Origin: Haliotis cracherodii | Lineage: Eukaryota | Length of the DNA: 64,000 bases | Assembly: GCF_022045235.1 (NCBI RefSeq) | Contig: NW_027266308.1 | Coordinates: 57,536,001-57,600,000 of the forward strand | Direction of reading: 5' to 3' | Position numbers and translations under genes: made by a program | Shown: in pieces, positions 60,679 to 64,000 of the stretch | Numbering within the stretch: position 1 is the first letter of the stretch | How the letters are laid out: every line of letters begins with the position of its first letter | The notes under the pieces: generated by a model | Database searches by the model: none | What the model was told of the DNA's origin: nothing | The model's input: the letters and a program-made list of their open reading frames with translations, nothing else

Positions 60679-63651
60679 CTAGATGACCGCTTGTGCCGCG
60701 ATCAGCGGCCCAAGACGGTGCACCCCCTCCACGTTTTCATCAGAAACCTTTCTGAGGTAATGATTGGCAAAAACCGAGTCAGAACGCCAGTAACAAACTC
60801 GTAATATTCTGTGAACAGAGATATTCGAGTGTAGGGCAAATGTTGCCGCTAGCGCCCTGATCTCGTGCGGGTTTGACCCCGCTACCGGTAACCCCCGAGA
60901 CCGGTAGGCCAGATTGATGACAGAACGAAGCCACAACACAATCGAGTTGCGAGTTATGTCAACCGTGCGATTAGGGTTACACGATATGAACAGACGGTCA
61001 CGCCCTTGTCTACGTTCATTCGTTCATTCGAAGCCTTAAGATAATACTTAAGGGCCCTAACCGGACACAGTGCTCTGTCCTCAGTATCAGCAGGATGTAA
61101 GATTTCTTTGAGGGATCTTACAGTGAATTCTCTCTCCGTTTGCCCGACTCTCTGATTCTTGGCGACGAAGCCCATGAGCAGGCCCAGGCGGACCGCTCCT
61201 TCGTCACCCCTATCGAATCGTACCTTGGCGACATCGAGTGCATGAATTTCGGATACACGTGCCGCCGTGGCAAAGGAGAGGACAAATGCTGTTTTCCAAG
61301 TCACATGCCGGAGCTTCCGTAAGTGATTGCAACACTAGGGAAAGATCCCAGGCCGGTGCCCGAAGGCGGCCCTTCTTAAGATCGTGCTGTTTGAAACCCT
61401 TGATAATACCCCATATCACCGGCTCTTTGGAGAGACTGGTACCCATAGCAACGTCCCATACCGTAGCAACGGACAAGACATAGTTGGCAATGGAACCCCC
61501 GGAGAGTTTCCGGGTCTCTCGCAAGTGAGACATGAAACGAGCAATATCCTGCACAGATACCTTATCTGGCGAATGAATGTGATGTTTACAACACCACTTC
61601 GTGAAAATAACCCAACGTGCATTATACACCTTCTGGGTAGAATCACGATGCATACTAACGTATGCCCGAGACGCCCGGCGAGAAAAACCTTTACTCCTCA
61701 GACGCTCGGTGACAACATCTACGCGTGCAGATTGAACTGCCCTGCGTTTGGATGAAGCTGACGGGTGTGAGGGTGGATCAAGAGATCCGGTCTCACAGGC
61801 AGTGGGAGTGGCGACTGCGTGACCTGGGTCAGCAAGTCGGGGTACCACGATCTGTTCGGCCACATGGGCGCGATCAGTAACATTCGACAGCGAACTCCTC
61901 GAAGCCGGCTTAGAATGTGTGGTATCAACGCTGTCGGCGGGTAAGCATAAGCGTCCAAGCCCGTCCAGTCTAACGCGAGAGCATCGTGATTGATGGCCCT
62001 CGGGTCCGGGACTGGTGATACAAACAACGGGAGTTGATTGTTGAACCGTGTTGCGAACAGGTCGACCATCGGACGACCCAAACGTCCGCACAGCCACTGA
62101 AACACTACTGGGTTTAGCATCCACTCTGTGGGGCTCGGATCCTGAGGCCTCGATAGAGCATCGGCCAGTATGTTCCGCACACCTGGGATGTGACGGGCGC
62201 GTATCTGGCACTGGACACTGTCCACCAGAGCGTAAAACTCGAACGTGAGATCGAGTAGCGAGTGACTGTGGGTTCCCCCCAGTTTGTTCACATAGGACAC
62301 TACCGTCGTGTTGTCGGTCGCCAGCATGAGCCGGGCGCGTATCTGGCACGGGACACTGTCCACCAGAGCGTAAAACTCGAACGTGAGATCGAGTAGCGAG
62401 TGACTGTGGGTTCCCCCCAGTTTGTTCACATAGGACACTACCGTCGTGTTGTCGGTCGCCAGCATGAGCCGCATAGAGACTCCTGATAAGACATTGTAAG
62501 GGAGCGTCCACCACTCCAGATGCGGTCGGAGCCGATCCGGGAGGGCGACGGTCGCACTGTTCACCTCCGTTGCTAACAACTGGATTAAAAACCGTTGCAG
62601 CGGGCGGAGTTGGAGACGACCCCGTTCGGTGCAGTCCTGGGCTGATACAAGTAGCCCTAACAGCTGTTCCCAAAAGTGAACAGTCTGTTGCACCGCTAAG
62701 ACTTTGGCAATCATCGCCTGAATTTTGTGCCACCGGTCTGGGGGGACAAATAGGCGATGGGACACCATGTTGAACCGACCTCCGATGAACTGCAAGTTCT
62801 GAGAAGGGGTTAACTCGCTCTTGGGGAGATTGACAATCCACCCCAATTGCTCCAAGAGCCGACGCGCGAAAACGAGATGGCGTGACAGGGTGTCCGTCAT
62901 TCGATTTGCTACTAGCGAGTCGTCCAGGTACGCGAAGTACCGGACACCCCTCCGGTGGAGGAACCCCACTATGGGGGTGGTTAACCGGGTGAACAGCCAG
63001 GGAGCAGATGAAAGACCGAATGGGAGTACAACCCACTCGTAGTGCCTGCCTTGAAAGACAAACCTGAGATACTTGTGATGATCCGAGTGAATCGGAACAT
63101 GCAGATAAGCATCCTTCAGGTCGATCGAAGCTAGCCAGTCGGCCGGCATGATCAGTGCTTTCAGGTCCGTCAAGCTCAACATTCTGAACTTGGGCGGCTT
63201 GCGCAGGTAGAACTCGTTGAACGATTTCAAGTTGTGAATCATTCTGAGTTCGGCACTGTCCTTCTTGGGAACGAGAAATATCCTGGAGTAAAACCCCGGT
63301 GTTATTTCTGGTAGAGCTAACTCCCGAACTGCCCTCTTCTCCACCAACCTGCCGATGGCATCGGCGAGGAAGGGAAGATTGGTTTCCGAATAGAAACCTG
63401 CCGACGGGGCAACGGTGAGCGGCTGATTCGCTTTGAGATCGAGCCGATAGCCGTACCGAATCGTGTTGACCACCCACGGGTCGTCGAACACTTGTTCCCA
63501 ATTCTCCCAGTAAGTCTGGAGTCTGGCTCCCACTGGGGAAAGAGAGGGGGGCCGGACGGGCTGCGGCAGGCGCAACTGTCCAGGGCCAAGTGACTCGGGT
63601 TCGCCTACGGGCCAACCGAAGTTGGCGCTGTCGGCATACGAACCCCTCCAA
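60679..63651 (-). pseudogene. DIRS tyrosine recombinase ORF with two frame disruptions and a long N-terminal extension overlapping pol
   Basis: Pieces 61210-63651, 60954-61304 (RVSEI, CPVRAL) and 60679-60939 (HEIR, W..F..HY) together carry the R..H-x-x-R..Y catalytic set. Confidence 0.88.
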
Positions 63652-63875
63652 TGAGAGTCACCTGGAGGGGCCCTTGCCGTCCTTAGACGACTTGGGCTTC
63701 CCCCAGTTCCCCTTCTTCCCGCGAAAGGGCTGCTGAGAACCCTTACCGGAGCCCTCAGAGCGGGGCTTCTTCCCGGAGGAAGAAGGACCCGACCCCTTAG
63801 GCCTGCCGGACGCAGCATCCTGGGGCGCGCTCCGCTTCGGAGCGGCACCCAGGCGCCTATGCAAGGACCCCACAA
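61719..63875 (-). pseudogene. DIRS pol: reverse transcriptase, damaged RNase H, adenine-methyltransferase-like domain
   Basis: GFYSRIFLVPKK, IDLKDAYLHVPI, LPFGLSSAP, YLDD; RNase H remnant TDNTT..N.LADALSR; MT-like DLFAT..AYAYPP..APMWP..WY. Confidence 0.9.
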
Positions 63876-64000
63876 GATCCAGTGTGTGCCGAGAGGCCTC
63901 GGCAGCCACAGCGGCCTGTTGTTCCTTCAGAACCCCAGGGATCTTGTTATTAAACAGGGTCCGAGCAGACCAAGGCTGCGAAAGGAGCACCTCCTGATTG
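63658..64000 (-). CDS. DIRS ORF1 (gag-like), basic C-terminal end
   Basis: Lys/Arg/Gly-rich ORF with a QPFRG-type motif, overlapping the start of pol as in DIRS1 elements. Confidence 0.65.
   Translation of the reverse strand, partial: NQEVLLSQPWSARTLFNNKIPGVLKEQQAAVAAEASRHTLDLVGSLHRRLGAAPKRSAPQDAASGRPKGSGPSSSGKKPRSEGSGKGSQQPFRGKKGNWGKPKSSKDGKGPSR

Larger units (their letters stand above)
59751..64000 (-). mobile_element. DIRS1-like tyrosine-recombinase retrotransposon; defective copy, 5' part outside the window
   Basis: Overlapping gag, RT-RNaseH-MT and YR ORFs; abrupt rise in GC content; 3' ITR plus internal complementary region at 59755-60064; element ends in ...CTACAATTTT. Confidence 0.93.

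Noticed and set aside
59751-64000. Bacterial or phage contamination (GC-rich, integrase, methylase)
   Set aside because: ORF layout and ITR/ICR match a eukaryotic DIRS retrotransposon inside a BTBD9 intron.

Overview
This is eukaryotic, intron-rich, repeat-dense animal DNA. The SINE/MITE content suggests a mollusc, possibly a gastropod (inference only). Two convergent protein-coding genes are supported. (1) On the + strand, a six-exon gene (30307-45692) whose GT-AG junctions all join in phase into a 1518-aa protein. It has a degenerate rhodopsin-class 7TM domain resembling LGR/RXFP/GRL101 receptors, fused to a protein-kinase fold with pseudokinase substitutions (HRD to HHK, DFG to DFE, no APE, no Gly-rich loop). 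The kinase C-lobe is split by a ~930-aa low-complexity insert rich in linear motifs, and the protein ends in a PDZ-type ETEL tail. This receptor-pseudokinase fusion is the best candidate for an undescribed system here. (2) On the - strand, the last four coding exons of BTBD9 (56571-59684). Its upstream intron holds a defective DIRS1-type tyrosine-recombinase retrotransposon (59751 to beyond 64000) with a readable ITR/ICR end structure. The rest is non-coding: at least four SINE-like families (one with a non-tRNA 5' head that can form a pseudoknot), MITEs/fold-back elements, a decayed mariner, LINE 3' fragments and several minisatellites.
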